From positions 1,312,001 to 1,376,000 of the forward strand of contig OZ242186.1 in the NCBI GenBank assembly GCA_965205675.1: a stretch of DNA of 64,000 bases, read 5' to 3'. The translations under genes and the position numbers were made by a program. Below are positions 40,269 through 50,897 of this stretch, one piece after another. The DNA is from Nitrosopumilus sp. Lineage in GTDB: Archaea > Thermoproteota > Nitrososphaeria > Nitrososphaerales > Nitrosopumilaceae. A model generated the notes under the pieces. It was not told the DNA's origin and searched no databases. It worked only from the letters and a program-made list of their open reading frames with translations. Each line of letters opens with the position of its first letter. The first letter of the stretch is position 1.

Positions 40269-42906
40269 GCCAAAATATCATACGCCGCCAATATCTGAAA
40301 TAAAGACTACCTCGCTTGGGGCAGAGGACAGACCAGATAAATTCAATGACATGGTAGGCGATGACGGTCTCATTCACATGAGACTCGAATCAGATGTTGT
40401 AATTGACAGGCTTGCACGTGACATCTATACCAGTCCGACAGCAGGGCTTCGTGAAATATACAACAACGAGGCAAGGCAGTGCAGAACAGCACAAGCCAAG
40501 CACAAACAGAGTCCTGCCCCCACAATACACATAGACGTTGATGCCTCAAAGAGGTCGCTATCCATTCTTGGAACAGACTCTATGGGAATGAGCATGGACA
40601 CGTTTCGCAATGTGTATACTGTTGTAGGCAGGTCCGGCAACCTTTCTGGAGACGAGTCCGGACAGTTCGGATTCGGAAGACTTGCAACAAGACTGCTATC
40701 TGATGTCGTCATAGTTCAGACATACAGCAGGGAGACAGGCGAGCAGTTTGCATTCATATCAAAGGATGGTCGCGCATTTGAGGCAATCAATATGCCTGCA
40801 CTAGAATCATTTGGCACAAAGATATCGATGACTGTCAAAGACGACGTATCGCTTTATGAGATTGTAAAGTATGCACATGAAATGGCAAGGTTTGTAAAAA
40901 TCGATACGGTATTATGTCTGCAAAACGATGTTGTAGAGGATTCTGAGAGTACAAACCCTCTCACATACGAGCAAGGAATATACCAGATAGGAAACGTATC
41001 TGAGCGCGACTACCTCACAGAACAGCTCTGCATCAAGGCAGATGACTGTGTGGATTGGATAGAGATTGACACTCCAGAGTACTATTTTCTCGGAATAGTC
41101 CGTGACAACTATAGAGCACACTACGATGACATGCCAAGACAGCACAATCTCATAGGAATCCCAATAAACATGGATCCGCTAGAGACTGGGGGATGTGACG
41201 GGTACGTACTCAACATCAAAGACGAGCGAAGATACATGCCAACAGCATCACGAGACAATCTGACAGAGCAGGCAGAATCAGAGATACAAGAGAAAGTACA
41301 AGACCAGATATGCAAATTCATAGGATCAATTAAGATAAATTCCATCGAGGATTATCTTGATTGCAAGTACAAGGTAATTGCAAGAAACTGTGAATCGTTT
41401 GATTGTGATGGGATGCACAAAGGCACAAAAACATTTGCCTCACTCTCAAAACTATACATGGACTCTTACACAATAGATGCAGAAAAGAATGCAACCCGCC
41501 GCCACCTAAGGGTCTTTGAAACAATGGACTCTAGTGATGCCAATCCTGCAAAAAACAACATGTACTGCCTTGCAGTAGTTGGCGCAAAGATGAATGCAAT
41601 ATGGGATATAAACCCTGATGCAAAGATAGTGTTTCTCTCACATAGGAACAGTGAATGGAGGGGCAGTTTTGAGATGTTTGGAATACGCAACATCACAGAT
41701 GTTCTAAAAGAACACAACATCAAGGTAGAACGCCAAAAGAAACAGCAGCAGATTCGCGAGGTTGTGACATATGATATGTCATATGGCTATCGCAGAAAGA
41801 TAAATGTCAACGACCTGACTCAAACGCACATTGCGATTCCAAAAGGAGAATACATGCGAGAGTATCTGAACTGCCTGAATACAAACGGAATCAACGGGTA
41901 TAGCATATTTAAGGAAAAGCCTGGCGTGAGTGGAGGAATACCACTAGACGAGTTTGTCTCAAAGGTAAAAAATACAGAGTATTCTGATGGACGTGGAGCG
42001 GTCATCACAGGCAAAAAGATACTGGAGACAGAGGGCATATGCATGCTAGTCAATGATTCAAACAAGTATTCAAAAACACTCACATTGGATATCTGCAAGA
42101 ACAGCATCGAGTCTGCATATGTACTTGTGAGAGGAACAAAAGATACGCTTGACCCACTGCGAGCTGCCATGATACTGTTGTTTAGAGGAGACAACTATAA
42201 TGATGCAGACGACGACAAAATCATCGGACGCGCAATGAGTGCATCTCTGAAGATAAAGTATGACGGGCTATGGGCTGAAAACTATGAAAACCTACGAGAC
42301 ACCCTCTCAAAGATATCGCGCCATCATGCAAGAGAGATATATGTAAGAAGCTATCAGAGACTGTTTGCAACAAGACCTAATCGCTCGCACGGATATTATT
42401 CCAGATATCGTGAAGAACCGGTCCCACTGTACAGTACTACAAATAAGAATGCACTCAGTACACTTGAGGCAGTCTTTGTTGCAATGAGTCAAGATGCAAA
42501 GACAAAAAAGATTACAGCCCAGGCAGTATTACAGCAATGTATGGATGCTGCAAAGGACAGTCCCAGAGAAAAACACGGTGTACTCTCTGAGATATGCACT
42601 GCTGCACTTGACTATACATTTGGTGAAAATGTCAGCGGACCATCAAAGGACAGCATGATAATGGAGACAGCACTGTACACCTTGAAGATACACGGATACA
42701 CTGCAAGGATTCATACCATCAAGGACAACCCCTCAGAGAACACATACATCAAAATATCTCAAGGTGAGACATCTGAGCAGTTTTGCTTTGATACCAGAGA
42801 ATGGAACAAGATGTTTTGTGTAGACTCTATCCACATATGCCTTCAGAACACCACAGTGTACGGCAGTGCCGGTGAGACCTGCATCATAGCAGAGGTAGAG
42901 ATATGA
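40261..42906 (+). CDS. GHKL (Hsp90/MORC-like) ATPase-domain protein 2
   Basis: LREIYNNE, TDSMGM, SGQFGFG, GTKISM; shares IKDER..PT..R with protein 1. Confidence 0.82.
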   Translation: MGKPKYHTPPISEIKTTSLGAEDRPDKFNDMVGDDGLIHMRLESDVVIDRLARDIYTSPTAGLREIYNNEARQCRTAQAKHKQSPAPTIHIDVDASKRSLSILGTDSMGMSMDTFRNVYTVVGRSGNLSGDESGQFGFGRLATRLLSDVVIVQTYSRETGEQFAFISKDGRAFEAINMPALESFGTKISMTVKDDVSLYEIVKYAHEMARFVKIDTVLCLQNDVVEDSESTNPLTYEQGIYQIGNVSERDYLTEQLCIKADDCVDWIEIDTPEYYFLGIVRDNYRAHYDDMPRQHNLIGIPINMDPLETGGCDGYVLNIKDERRYMPTASRDNLTEQAESEIQEKVQDQICKFIGSIKINSIEDYLDCKYKVIARNCESFDCDGMHKGTKTFASLSKLYMDSYTIDAEKNATRRHLRVFETMDSSDANPAKNNMYCLAVVGAKMNAIWDINPDAKIVFLSHRNSEWRGSFEMFGIRNITDVLKEHNIKVERQKKQQQIREVVTYDMSYGYRRKINVNDLTQTHIAIPKGEYMREYLNCLNTNGINGYSIFKEKPGVSGGIPLDEFVSKVKNTEYSDGRGAVITGKKILETEGICMLVNDSNKYSKTLTLDICKNSIESAYVLVRGTKDTLDPLRAAMILLFRGDNYNDADDDKIIGRAMSASLKIKYDGLWAENYENLRDTLSKISRHHAREIYVRSYQRLFATRPNRSHGYYSRYREEPVPLYSTTNKNALSTLEAVFVAMSQDAKTKKITAQAVLQQCMDAAKDSPREKHGVLSEICTAALDYTFGENVSGPSKDSMIMETALYTLKIHGYTARIHTIKDNPSENTYIKISQGETSEQFCFDTREWNKMFCVDSIHICLQNTTVYGSAGETCIIAEVEI

Positions 42907-43580
42907 GATCAAATAGTATTCTTGAGAAGAGAGAGGACCTTCTCATAGTAAGAGACAGGCAAGGAACAATCCAAACAGTTCCTGCCACGCAGTACCATCT
43001 TACAAAGTATGAAGTATTTGATGGAAACAGAATCATCTACAAGATAGATGAGAATAGAACCATTACTGAGACGTACAATGATGGCATATTCAACTGTACC
43101 CTGAGAAAGCATACAATCCAGATACGAAAACCAGAAGACGTTGCACTTGCAATAGCAGAGCATGTCAAAAGCAACAGCACGTCAATGTATGATGATATGT
43201 TCTCTGAGGAATTCTCAAGAATTCACAAAGACGAGATACTGGATTCGTTTTTCACAGCACAGCAAGACCGCATAAGAAGACAGGAAGATACAGTAAAGAT
43301 AGACGGCATATTTTATGTCGACTCTCGTGGCACTGCACATGTATGGGACAAACAATCCCAAAAATGGAGCCATCTCTGTATCGTAGTCTCCAAGACAACT
43401 GAGAATCTCATCATAGCAACTCAGGATGGTGAGATAAAGATAGATGATGTAATGCAGAGCATCCTTGCCAAGGTGTCATTTTTGCTACACCCAAACATGG
43501 AAGATACTGTATTTACAGGACAGTTGCCCAAAGACGTCCTGGACTTTTTGAAGAAAAAACATCACACACCACAAAAATAG
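42903..43580 (+). CDS. Hypothetical protein
   Basis: 225 aa; ATGA overlap with the upstream gene. Confidence 0.7.
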   Translation: MRSNSILEKREDLLIVRDRQGTIQTVPATQYHLTKYEVFDGNRIIYKIDENRTITETYNDGIFNCTLRKHTIQIRKPEDVALAIAEHVKSNSTSMYDDMFSEEFSRIHKDEILDSFFTAQQDRIRRQEDTVKIDGIFYVDSRGTAHVWDKQSQKWSHLCIVVSKTTENLIIATQDGEIKIDDVMQSILAKVSFLLHPNMEDTVFTGQLPKDVLDFLKKKHHTPQK

Positions 43581-43655
43581 GCATTTTTTTGACAAAGCCT
43601 ACCTGTCTGAACCCGTCACACATTTCTCAGAGACTGATGGGCATAAGACATTAAA

Positions 43656-43796
43656 GAAGATCCACATGGATTTTTCAAAATTATTCCCACAGAGTTGTAA
43701 CGAATTATTTCCAAAAGGGAATAGCTCAACCCAAGCTCTCATGACTGGAATCGTCCTGCTGGTGACGTTACTGCCAGAATAAAGGAGGAACCAATT
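43656..43796 (+). promoter_or_regulatory. Structured cassette leader, copy 8
   Basis: Conserved element followed by AGGAGG. Confidence 0.85.
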
Positions 43797-44090
43797 ATGG
43801 TCCGACAAAACAGTGCAAGTGAAAGCACACAAAACAATTCACAAAATCCCATCCTTAATACAAATGGTCTCACCCATCACATGGAATGGTCTGAGCACCA
43901 GCAAGAAACACTGGAGTTTCTGCTCGAAGAGCAGGCAGCAAATGAGGAATATTATTCCTCATTAGATGAGCTTTGCTGGCACAGGCACTTTGCAGAGAAG
44001 ATGGACGAGCAGATGGCAAATGAGGAAGAGTATTATTCCTCATTAGATGAACCGCACGGAGTCTCGTGCAACTGTACGGAGTGTAACTAA
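43797..44090 (+). CDS. Small acidic protein with leader peptide and HxxxCNCTECN end
   Basis: Paralogues at 53612 and 59617; internal duplication of EQ.ANEE(E)YYSSLDE. Confidence 0.65.
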   Translation: MVRQNSASESTQNNSQNPILNTNGLTHHMEWSEHQQETLEFLLEEQAANEEYYSSLDELCWHRHFAEKMDEQMANEEEYYSSLDEPHGVSCNCTECN

Positions 44091-44716
44091 TGGGCTACAC
44101 ACACTACTACTACGTCTCTCAAGAGTTTGATGCAAAACAATTTGCCAAAGTTGCAGCAGACTTTAAGACGATGATAACTCCATTAAAACATCTGGGAGTA
44201 ATTCTGGCAGACGGACTAGGTCAGAACCATCCGAAAATCACTCCAACTGAAATCTGGTTTAATGGATTAGAAAAGTGCGGACATAAGCAAAGAGAACTTG
44301 GAGTCACGTGGCCCGCAGAGAAAGCATCTGGAGTATCTCAAAACAAGATAGACCAGCAGCTAGCAGAACTGGCTAAGGGACACTGGTTTGCAGGTGTACG
44401 ATTGGAGACTCGAGTATGTGACGGGGATTGCTCTCATGAGACATTCAGCCTTGAGCAGAAACTCTCAGAGATACCCCAATGGAAGAAAGAACACAAACCC
44501 GACAGACTGATCTTTGAGTGTACCAAGACTGCATTCAAGCCATATGACCTGGCAGTTAACGTGTGTCTGATAATTGCAAAGCACCACCTCGGTGATGCCA
44601 TCAAAGTAACTTCAGATGGCGATGCAGAAAACTGGCAAGAAGGAATGCAGTTGTGTCAACACTTTCTGGGATACGGAGAAGAGTTCTGCCTTGACAAGGA
44701 GCCAACTGTTGTCTAG
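44090..44716 (+). CDS. Conserved MGE hypothetical protein (MGYTHY...KTAFKPYD type)
   Basis: Paralogue at 59826 with many synonymous differences. Confidence 0.75.
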   Translation: MGYTHYYYVSQEFDAKQFAKVAADFKTMITPLKHLGVILADGLGQNHPKITPTEIWFNGLEKCGHKQRELGVTWPAEKASGVSQNKIDQQLAELAKGHWFAGVRLETRVCDGDCSHETFSLEQKLSEIPQWKKEHKPDRLIFECTKTAFKPYDLAVNVCLIIAKHHLGDAIKVTSDGDAENWQEGMQLCQHFLGYGEEFCLDKEPTVV

Positions 44717-45035
44717 CACTGCAATCTCTGAGCAAACATCTAAAGGCTCAGATAGATACCATCTCTACGCTGATCCAGGTCATGGATGGCTGAGAGTTCC
44801 AAAAGCAGAGCTGATATCACTAGGTATCGCAGAGCTGATATCACGACACAGCTACATCAAGGGTCAGTATGCATATCTTGAAGAAGACTGTGACTGCCTT
44901 GTCTTTGAGACTGCAAAACAGATACAAGATCCAGATTGGCAGTTGGATGAAAAGCACATCATAGAGCACAACTCCAACAACTCGTCAATCAGAGACTATG
45001 AGATATACGAGAGCGACGACATACACACATGGTAG
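44709..45035 (+). CDS. Hypothetical protein of DPGHGWL...YLEEDCD type
   Basis: Motif typical of small plasmid/phage proteins; TTG start overlaps the upstream gene. Confidence 0.65.
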   Translation: MSSTAISEQTSKGSDRYHLYADPGHGWLRVPKAELISLGIAELISRHSYIKGQYAYLEEDCDCLVFETAKQIQDPDWQLDEKHIIEHNSNNSSIRDYEIYESDDIHTW

Positions 45036-45451
45036 GTCTCAAAGAGCAGTCAAGAAAGACGCGTGAGAGAATACAGGATACCACAAAAGACAACCGGTTG
45101 TTGTATGTTATCGTGGGTCTTGGAATAGGTCTTCTGGTACTTGGAATCATACCGCCATATGCTGAGATGCTAGTTGCCTTGGGAGCTGCCTTTATTATTG
45201 CCGGAATCGTAGGCATCTACATGATGCTATCAACTCGGCAGGTGGCAAAGAAACTGCACCAGCAATTAGACGACCAAAATGAAATCCTCGAAACACACAC
45301 AGATATTCTCACAAAGATGGATGGTTCCCTAAAGGAGATAGCATCATCTCAGAACAAAAACCATTCAGAGATGATAGACGTTCTAAAAAGAATAGAGACA
45401 GGTTTCTCAACTCTCGGAGAAGGTCTCAAGAAAATAGAGAACAAGCTGTAA
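45029..45451 (+). CDS. Two-TM + coiled-coil protein, family 2
   Basis: Paralogues at 58392 and 63326; KEIASSQ heptad. Confidence 0.75.
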   Translation: MVGLKEQSRKTRERIQDTTKDNRLLYVIVGLGIGLLVLGIIPPYAEMLVALGAAFIIAGIVGIYMMLSTRQVAKKLHQQLDDQNEILETHTDILTKMDGSLKEIASSQNKNHSEMIDVLKRIETGFSTLGEGLKKIENKL

Positions 45452-45546
45452 AGTACAGTTTGATTTGAGAGTACGACGCCTCAAAACCCATTTTAGTTTT
45501 AGCGCAAGCTAGGACCTGATTTATCAGATGGGTGCGAGGTGTCATG

Positions 45547-45688
45547 GAAGATCCATACGGATTTTTCAAAATTATTCCTACAGAGTTGTAACGAATTATT
45601 TCCAAAAGGGAATAACTCAACCCAATCTCTCATGACGGGAATCGTCCTGCTGGTGACGTTACTGCCAGAATAAAAGGAGGAACCAATT
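45547..45688 (+). promoter_or_regulatory. Structured cassette leader, copy 9
   Basis: Conserved element. Confidence 0.85.
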
Positions 45689-46195
45689 ATGGTCCGACAA
45701 AACAGTGCAGGTGAAAGCACACAAAACAATTCACAAAATCCCGCCTTTAATACAAATGGTCTTACCCATCACATGGAACAGGCTGAACATCGGCAAGAAA
45801 CACCAAAAGAACTCTCCGATTCCCAAATTTTCGAAAAAATAGCACAGGCGATGAGAGAACATACACCAGGCGGAACCAGTAGTGTAAGATATGACGTACA
45901 AGATGAAAGCATCTACAAATCATATCACAGCGGAAACAGATGGGAACAAGGTGAAGACGGATACTGTCCTTATGAAATTTTCACTCTTGAAAAGTGGTGT
46001 GATGACTATGACATATTGCGAATTTTAGGAGAGGACCCAGATTTTGACGATAAAGAAATATTGAGTAATTCTGAAAAGGTTGAATTATTCTTGAAAAATA
46101 TCTCGATCGAAGATTGGGGGTGCTATGATGAAATCGTATACGAAATCGAAGAAGCAAGAAAATATTATGCCGATTTTTTGGAGAGTCAAAAATGA
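45689..46195 (+). CDS. Acidic hypothetical protein with leader peptide
   Basis: Paralogue at 51534. Confidence 0.7.
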   Translation: MVRQNSAGESTQNNSQNPAFNTNGLTHHMEQAEHRQETPKELSDSQIFEKIAQAMREHTPGGTSSVRYDVQDESIYKSYHSGNRWEQGEDGYCPYEIFTLEKWCDDYDILRILGEDPDFDDKEILSNSEKVELFLKNISIEDWGCYDEIVYEIEEARKYYADFLESQK

Positions 46196-46355
46196 CTTCT
46201 GATTTTTTAGCACTAGAAGCTGTCAATCTCTCAAAACTCATTAAAGAGCTAGATGCAGATGCCCCAGTTCACGACTGCAAAGAATGTCCATGTGATTGCC
46301 AAGAATGGGATTTCCTTGATGAGAACTCTAAATCCGATATCGGAGTGGCATTCTA

Positions 46356-46661
46356 ATGTCTGCTGAAGGATTTGAGACAATAGCCCAGATGAAACTTGAG
46401 CATCTTCCAAATGATGCAAAGCTGGTCTTGCAGCGACAGAAAAGTGAAATCATTGGCAACAGGATTCAGTTCGGACTGCCATCAACGTTTCTCAACTCTG
46501 AGAACGGACAGACAGTATGGAACAAAGGACCGTCAATCCAGCTAGAGCAGATTCCAGAACTCATCAAAATGCTGCAAGATGCATACGAGAGATACGCAAA
46601 ACAAGACACAAAGAAAGAAAAGACTGTGACATTTGCAGATGCTGTATACACAAAGTTCTAG
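46356..46661 (+). CDS. Possible PC4/YdbC-like ssDNA-binding protein
   Basis: KGPSIQLEQIPELIKML resembles the PC4 C-terminal motif (weak). Identical copy at 50269. Confidence 0.45.
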   Translation: MSAEGFETIAQMKLEHLPNDAKLVLQRQKSEIIGNRIQFGLPSTFLNSENGQTVWNKGPSIQLEQIPELIKMLQDAYERYAKQDTKKEKTVTFADAVYTKF

Positions 46662-46663
46662 AT

Positions 46664-46846
46664 ATGGACAGCAAGGAACTGCTACACAGCATAGACAGTC
46701 TAAAACAGTGGATAATACACTCTGAGATGCAAGGAAATCTTGATGTTGCAGACTCGTTTTATCCCGCATACGGGCAGCTTGACATCCTACGCGAAAAGAT
46801 AGAGGAGCAAAGCGACTATGAAGAGTCCTGCAAGAATAATCTCTGA
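46664..46846 (+). CDS. Small hypothetical protein
   Basis: Identical copy at 50577-50759. Confidence 0.5.
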   Translation: MDSKELLHSIDSLKQWIIHSEMQGNLDVADSFYPAYGQLDILREKIEEQSDYEESCKNNL

Positions 46847-46984
46847 TGTGCACAAGGAACTGGGCTTGGTACAGGATTCCATCCGGCAGAGAAGGCACAA
46901 AAAGACGCTCAAAAAGATAAGACAGGAACTAAACAAGATTCTTGATTCCTAATCTTTTTGTATGGTGTAAAAACTAGATAGAAT

Positions 46985-47122
46985 ATGTCTGATACCAAAC
47001 AAGTAGATTCGCCGCCGCTAACAGATGAAGAGATCAAAGATATCAAAGAGTTCTATAGCAATCCAAAAGATCACAAAGTTGGAACCCTTAAAGAATTGCT
47101 TGAAGAGTTGCATGGTGATTAA
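46985..47122 (+). CDS. Antitoxin of RelE pair 1
   Basis: 45 aa, LTDEEIKDIKEFY...LKELLEEL, directly upstream of RelE. Confidence 0.7.
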   Translation: MSDTKQVDSPPLTDEEIKDIKEFYSNPKDHKVGTLKELLEELHGD

Positions 47123-47125
47123 GAA

Positions 47126-47389
47126 TTGTGGAGGTTAGAGTGGGCCAGTAAATTCACCAAACAATACAAGAAACTCCACTCAGAGATACAACACGATGCA
47201 GATGATGCACTTGAAGAGATTGCATCTTGTACAAACCCCTCAAATCTTGGAACATACAAGGCAGACATGAGATCTTTTTCTTATGAAATCGGCAGAAAAC
47301 ATCGTATCATTTATTCAATACGATACAGAGATGGAATTGTTGATTTGCTTCGTATATGCGACCACAAATCAGTCTACGGCAAAGACTAG
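47126..47389 (+). CDS. RelE/ParE-family toxin 1
   Basis: WASKFTKQYKKL...HRIIYSI...LRICDHKSVYGKD. Confidence 0.82.
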   Translation: MWRLEWASKFTKQYKKLHSEIQHDADDALEEIASCTNPSNLGTYKADMRSFSYEIGRKHRIIYSIRYRDGIVDLLRICDHKSVYGKD

Positions 47390-47489
47390 AAAGAACAAAC
47401 AAATTTTTTGAGCAAAATATCTAGATGCATCAAATCTCAAAGCAATCAGATTTTAGAGATTCTTTGATGGATGGCTGCTAGATAACATG

Positions 47490-47628
47490 GAAGATCCATA
47501 CGGATTTTTCAAAATTATTCCCACAGAGTTGTAACGAATTATTTCCAAAAGGGAATAACTCAGCCCAAGCTCTCATGACGGGAATCGTCCTGCTGGAAAC
47601 GTTATTTCAGAATTAGGAGGAACCAATT
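47490..47628 (+). promoter_or_regulatory. Structured cassette leader, copy 10
   Basis: Conserved element. Confidence 0.85.
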
Positions 47629-47850
47629 ATGGTCCGACAAAACAGTGCAAGTGAAAGCACACAAAACAAATCACAAAATCCCGGAGAACTGGTAAGAGAA
47701 ATCCACTGGGAGCATAGATTGTGGATGTCTACACGTATACGGATGGAAAACGCAATGAAGACCGTAAGAATATCTGCAAGACTGCCCGAAAAGAAAGACA
47801 GATGGAATGAGAGCGTATCCTGTGAGATTCTGGAGCAAGTACAGAAATGA
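47629..47850 (+). CDS. Hypothetical protein with leader peptide
   Basis: MVRQNSASESTQ start; ATGA overlap with the next gene. Confidence 0.55.
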   Translation: MVRQNSASESTQNKSQNPGELVREIHWEHRLWMSTRIRMENAMKTVRISARLPEKKDRWNESVSCEILEQVQK

Positions 47851-48134
47851 GTATGGAACAGAATCTCAAAGAAGAGAGGCTGGAGAAATTCCGCAAAGCC
47901 TTTGAAGCATTTGTGGACGATCCACAAGTTGCAGGAACAGCAGACGAGTTCCACAGTTATGAGGAGAGTTATTGCGGACTGTGGGTTTCTGGAGAATCAG
48001 GAAACAGTCTTGACGGCATCTGCGTGTTCCAGTATGGTGGAAATGACCACCCAAAACTTGAAGAATTCCTAGACAAATGGAACGCACACTATGAATGGTA
48101 TGACTGTGGAACCGTAATGATTTATCTTGAGTAG
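47847..48134 (+). CDS. Small acidic hypothetical protein
   Basis: HPKLEEFLDKWNAHYEWYDCGT motif. Confidence 0.65.
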   Translation: MSMEQNLKEERLEKFRKAFEAFVDDPQVAGTADEFHSYEESYCGLWVSGESGNSLDGICVFQYGGNDHPKLEEFLDKWNAHYEWYDCGTVMIYLE

Positions 48135-48319
48135 TCACGAGATACATGCCAACCATAGACAACCTCAAAAACTAGGGTCCAAAGACTGACGACATCGGGT
48201 GACCTACCCCAATTTTTTGTGACCTGACAATCCTCTCAAATCCAATATCATACTATGACACCTGACAGGCAGATTGGATGTGGAGATGGTACAGATGCTT
48301 GCAGCATCATACAGAAACA

Positions 48320-48745
48320 ATGAACAAAAAAACAACAAACAAAGTAAAAACCAGTCTAGTACGAAAACAAAACGTGATATTTGTAGCAATGGTAGCAGTT
48401 GGGTTATCCCTAACTGTCATGAGCCAGCTTACAGATTCGCGACTGCTAAGTGAAGGCATAGCCTTTATTATAGTTGGATTCGTAGGAATGTTAATGTCTT
48501 GGACTACGATGGATGTTGGTGCCAGTATCAAAGAAGCAATACATGATGTTGGCAGACAAAACCTAGCCGCATTGGAATCCATTGCATCCTCTCAGAAAGA
48601 GATGGACAAGTCTCTCAAAGAGATCAAAGACATTCTAGGTACACATACTACAATTCTAGAAAAGCATACTACAATTCTAGAAAAGCATACTACGATTCTA
48701 GAAAAGCATACTACAATTCTAGAGAACCTAGAGAAAAAAGACTGA
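48320..48745 (+). CDS. Two-TM + coiled-coil protein, family 1
   Basis: Four HTTILE(K/N) heptads. Confidence 0.75.
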   Translation: MNKKTTNKVKTSLVRKQNVIFVAMVAVGLSLTVMSQLTDSRLLSEGIAFIIVGFVGMLMSWTTMDVGASIKEAIHDVGRQNLAALESIASSQKEMDKSLKEIKDILGTHTTILEKHTTILEKHTTILEKHTTILENLEKKD

Positions 48746-48850
48746 GTTTTCAAAAACCCACAATATTTTTTTGACTGAGTCATGCACTCCAAACCAACAT
48801 TATTTGTAGCAATACAAATCGACTCAGCGAGTTGGTGTGAGATGTGTAAA

Positions 48851-48991
48851 GAAGATCCATATGGGTTTTCCAAGTTATTCCTACAGAGTTATTTTCAGAA
48901 TCATCTCAAAAGAGAATAATCTGAGATATCTCTCATGCCAGGAATCGTCCTACTGGTGACGTTACATCCAGAATAAAAGGAGGAACCAATT
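48851..48991 (+). promoter_or_regulatory. Structured cassette leader, copy 11 (variant)
   Basis: ATTCCT/AGGAAT and CTGG..CCAG stems. Confidence 0.85.
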
Positions 48992-49819
48992 ATGGTCCGA
49001 CAAAACAGTGCAAGTGAAAGCACACAAAACAATTCACATCAAAAGACAATACAGCACATGACAGATATGGCATCAGCCATATGTGCCATTCAGGCAGAGC
49101 ATGCACATCCCTTGAACAAGGAGTCATACCCCACATATACAGAAACAGAAAAGATACTGTACAATATGCTTACTGAGAACACGGGGGCACACATACTTGA
49201 TTCAGGAGGAGCATATGGCAGACACTGGCAGCAAAACCGTGGGATTGCCGACTTTAACAGCATACCTAGTGTGAAAACCCACAAAATGTATGGTGCAAGA
49301 AAACACGTCTTTGCAATAGTTAACGATATTGCAACGTATGACAAAGCAGTAGACTGTAAATTCCACAAGTTTGCAGCAGCACCAGAAAACCGAGACAAAT
49401 TATGGGTTGAGAACATGGAAGAGTTTGCTGAGACGTATAACGAGGATGACTGGTTAAAAGATCATGGCGCAAACACATACGGTTTCGAGTCCTATTGTGG
49501 CAACCAAGAAATGCAGTACGACTTTCTCACAATAGACGGCCACACATACATCGTCTTGCAATTCCATGGAGGATGCGACATACGCGAAGGATACACAACA
49601 CCACACGTCTTTGAATGCGACTATGATGATTTCATAATTGCAAGCACGCAGATCTCCATTAGCTGCATGTGTAACTGTGCATATTCTGACGGCTTTGACT
49701 GGACTGATGATTCAGGAGACGACGTAGAGTTCTCATGGGATGACGGATTACACTCTTGCTGGAACTGGAAGAATGATGACACATTATTCTGCAGCAAATG
49801 CAAAAGGGTTGCAGCATAG
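48992..49819 (+). CDS. Conserved MGE hypothetical protein with leader peptide
   Basis: MLTENTG.HILDSGGAYGRHWQ and HGGCDIREGYTTP motifs; C-terminal CxxC. Confidence 0.75.
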   Translation: MVRQNSASESTQNNSHQKTIQHMTDMASAICAIQAEHAHPLNKESYPTYTETEKILYNMLTENTGAHILDSGGAYGRHWQQNRGIADFNSIPSVKTHKMYGARKHVFAIVNDIATYDKAVDCKFHKFAAAPENRDKLWVENMEEFAETYNEDDWLKDHGANTYGFESYCGNQEMQYDFLTIDGHTYIVLQFHGGCDIREGYTTPHVFECDYDDFIIASTQISISCMCNCAYSDGFDWTDDSGDDVEFSWDDGLHSCWNWKNDDTLFCSKCKRVAA

Positions 49820-50269
49820 TTGGTCATAAACAGCACATGTCCTAACTGCAAAGGAACCGGAATCTTTGAGACCTGTACTGAATGCGGTACAAGCAAACAC
49901 CATGATGCAAGATGCGAGTATTGTGAAGCCAAAGGCCATGAGCAGAGCATACAGCAAGGAAAAGACTGCATGATGTGCGGCGGATGGGGCAGGATACACA
50001 AATCCCAAAGTATGGAGATGCGAGATGCAGAAAAGGAAAACAGGGTTCCAATATGCATCGCATGCAATCACGAGGTACGCTCCATAATACAGACGCAGTA
50101 CGAGTACATCGACTGGAGTTATTCTGAGAACGCAAAGGGTTATGTGAAAGGAGAGTATGGCGGAGATGCAGATGCCCCAGTTCACGACTGCAAAGAATGT
50201 CCATGTGATTGCCAAGAATGGGATTTCCTTGATGAGAACTCTAAATCCGATATCGGAGTGGCATTCTAA
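49820..50269 (+). CDS. DnaJ-type CxxCxGxG Zn-finger protein
   Basis: CPNCKGTG, CMMCGGWG. Confidence 0.65.
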   Translation: MVINSTCPNCKGTGIFETCTECGTSKHHDARCEYCEAKGHEQSIQQGKDCMMCGGWGRIHKSQSMEMRDAEKENRVPICIACNHEVRSIIQTQYEYIDWSYSENAKGYVKGEYGGDADAPVHDCKECPCDCQEWDFLDENSKSDIGVAF

Positions 50270-50574
50270 TGTCTGCTGAAGGATTTGAGACAATAGCCCA
50301 GATGAAACTTGAGCATCTTCCAAATGATGCAAAGCTGGTCTTGCAGCGACAGAAAAGTGAAATCATTGGCAACAGGATTCAGTTCGGACTGCCATCAACG
50401 TTTCTCAACTCTGAGAACGGACAGACAGTATGGAACAAAGGACCGTCAATCCAGCTAGAGCAGATTCCAGAACTCATCAAAATGCTGCAAGATGCATACG
50501 AGAGATACGCAAAACAAGACACAAAGAAAGAAAAGACTGTGACATTTGCAGATGCTGTATACACAAAGTTCTAG
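50269..50574 (+). CDS. Possible PC4/YdbC-like protein, copy 2
   Basis: Identical to 46356-46661. Confidence 0.45.
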   Translation: MSAEGFETIAQMKLEHLPNDAKLVLQRQKSEIIGNRIQFGLPSTFLNSENGQTVWNKGPSIQLEQIPELIKMLQDAYERYAKQDTKKEKTVTFADAVYTKF

Positions 50575-50897
50575 ATATGGACAGCAAGGAACTGCTACAC
50601 AGCATAGACAGTCTAAAACAGTGGATAATACACTCTGAGATGCAAGGAAATCTTGATGTTGCAGACTCGTTTTATCCCGCATACGGGCAGCTTGACATCC
50701 TACGCGAAAAGATAGAGGAGCAAAGCGACTATGAAGAGTCCTGCAAGAATAATCTCTGATGTGCACAAGGAACTGGGCTTGGTACAGGATTCCATCCGGC
50801 AGAGAAGGCACAAAAAGACGCTCAAAAAGATAAGACAGGAACTAAACAAGATTCTTGATTCCTAATCTTTTTTAAGAATGCAACTAATGCAATAGAT

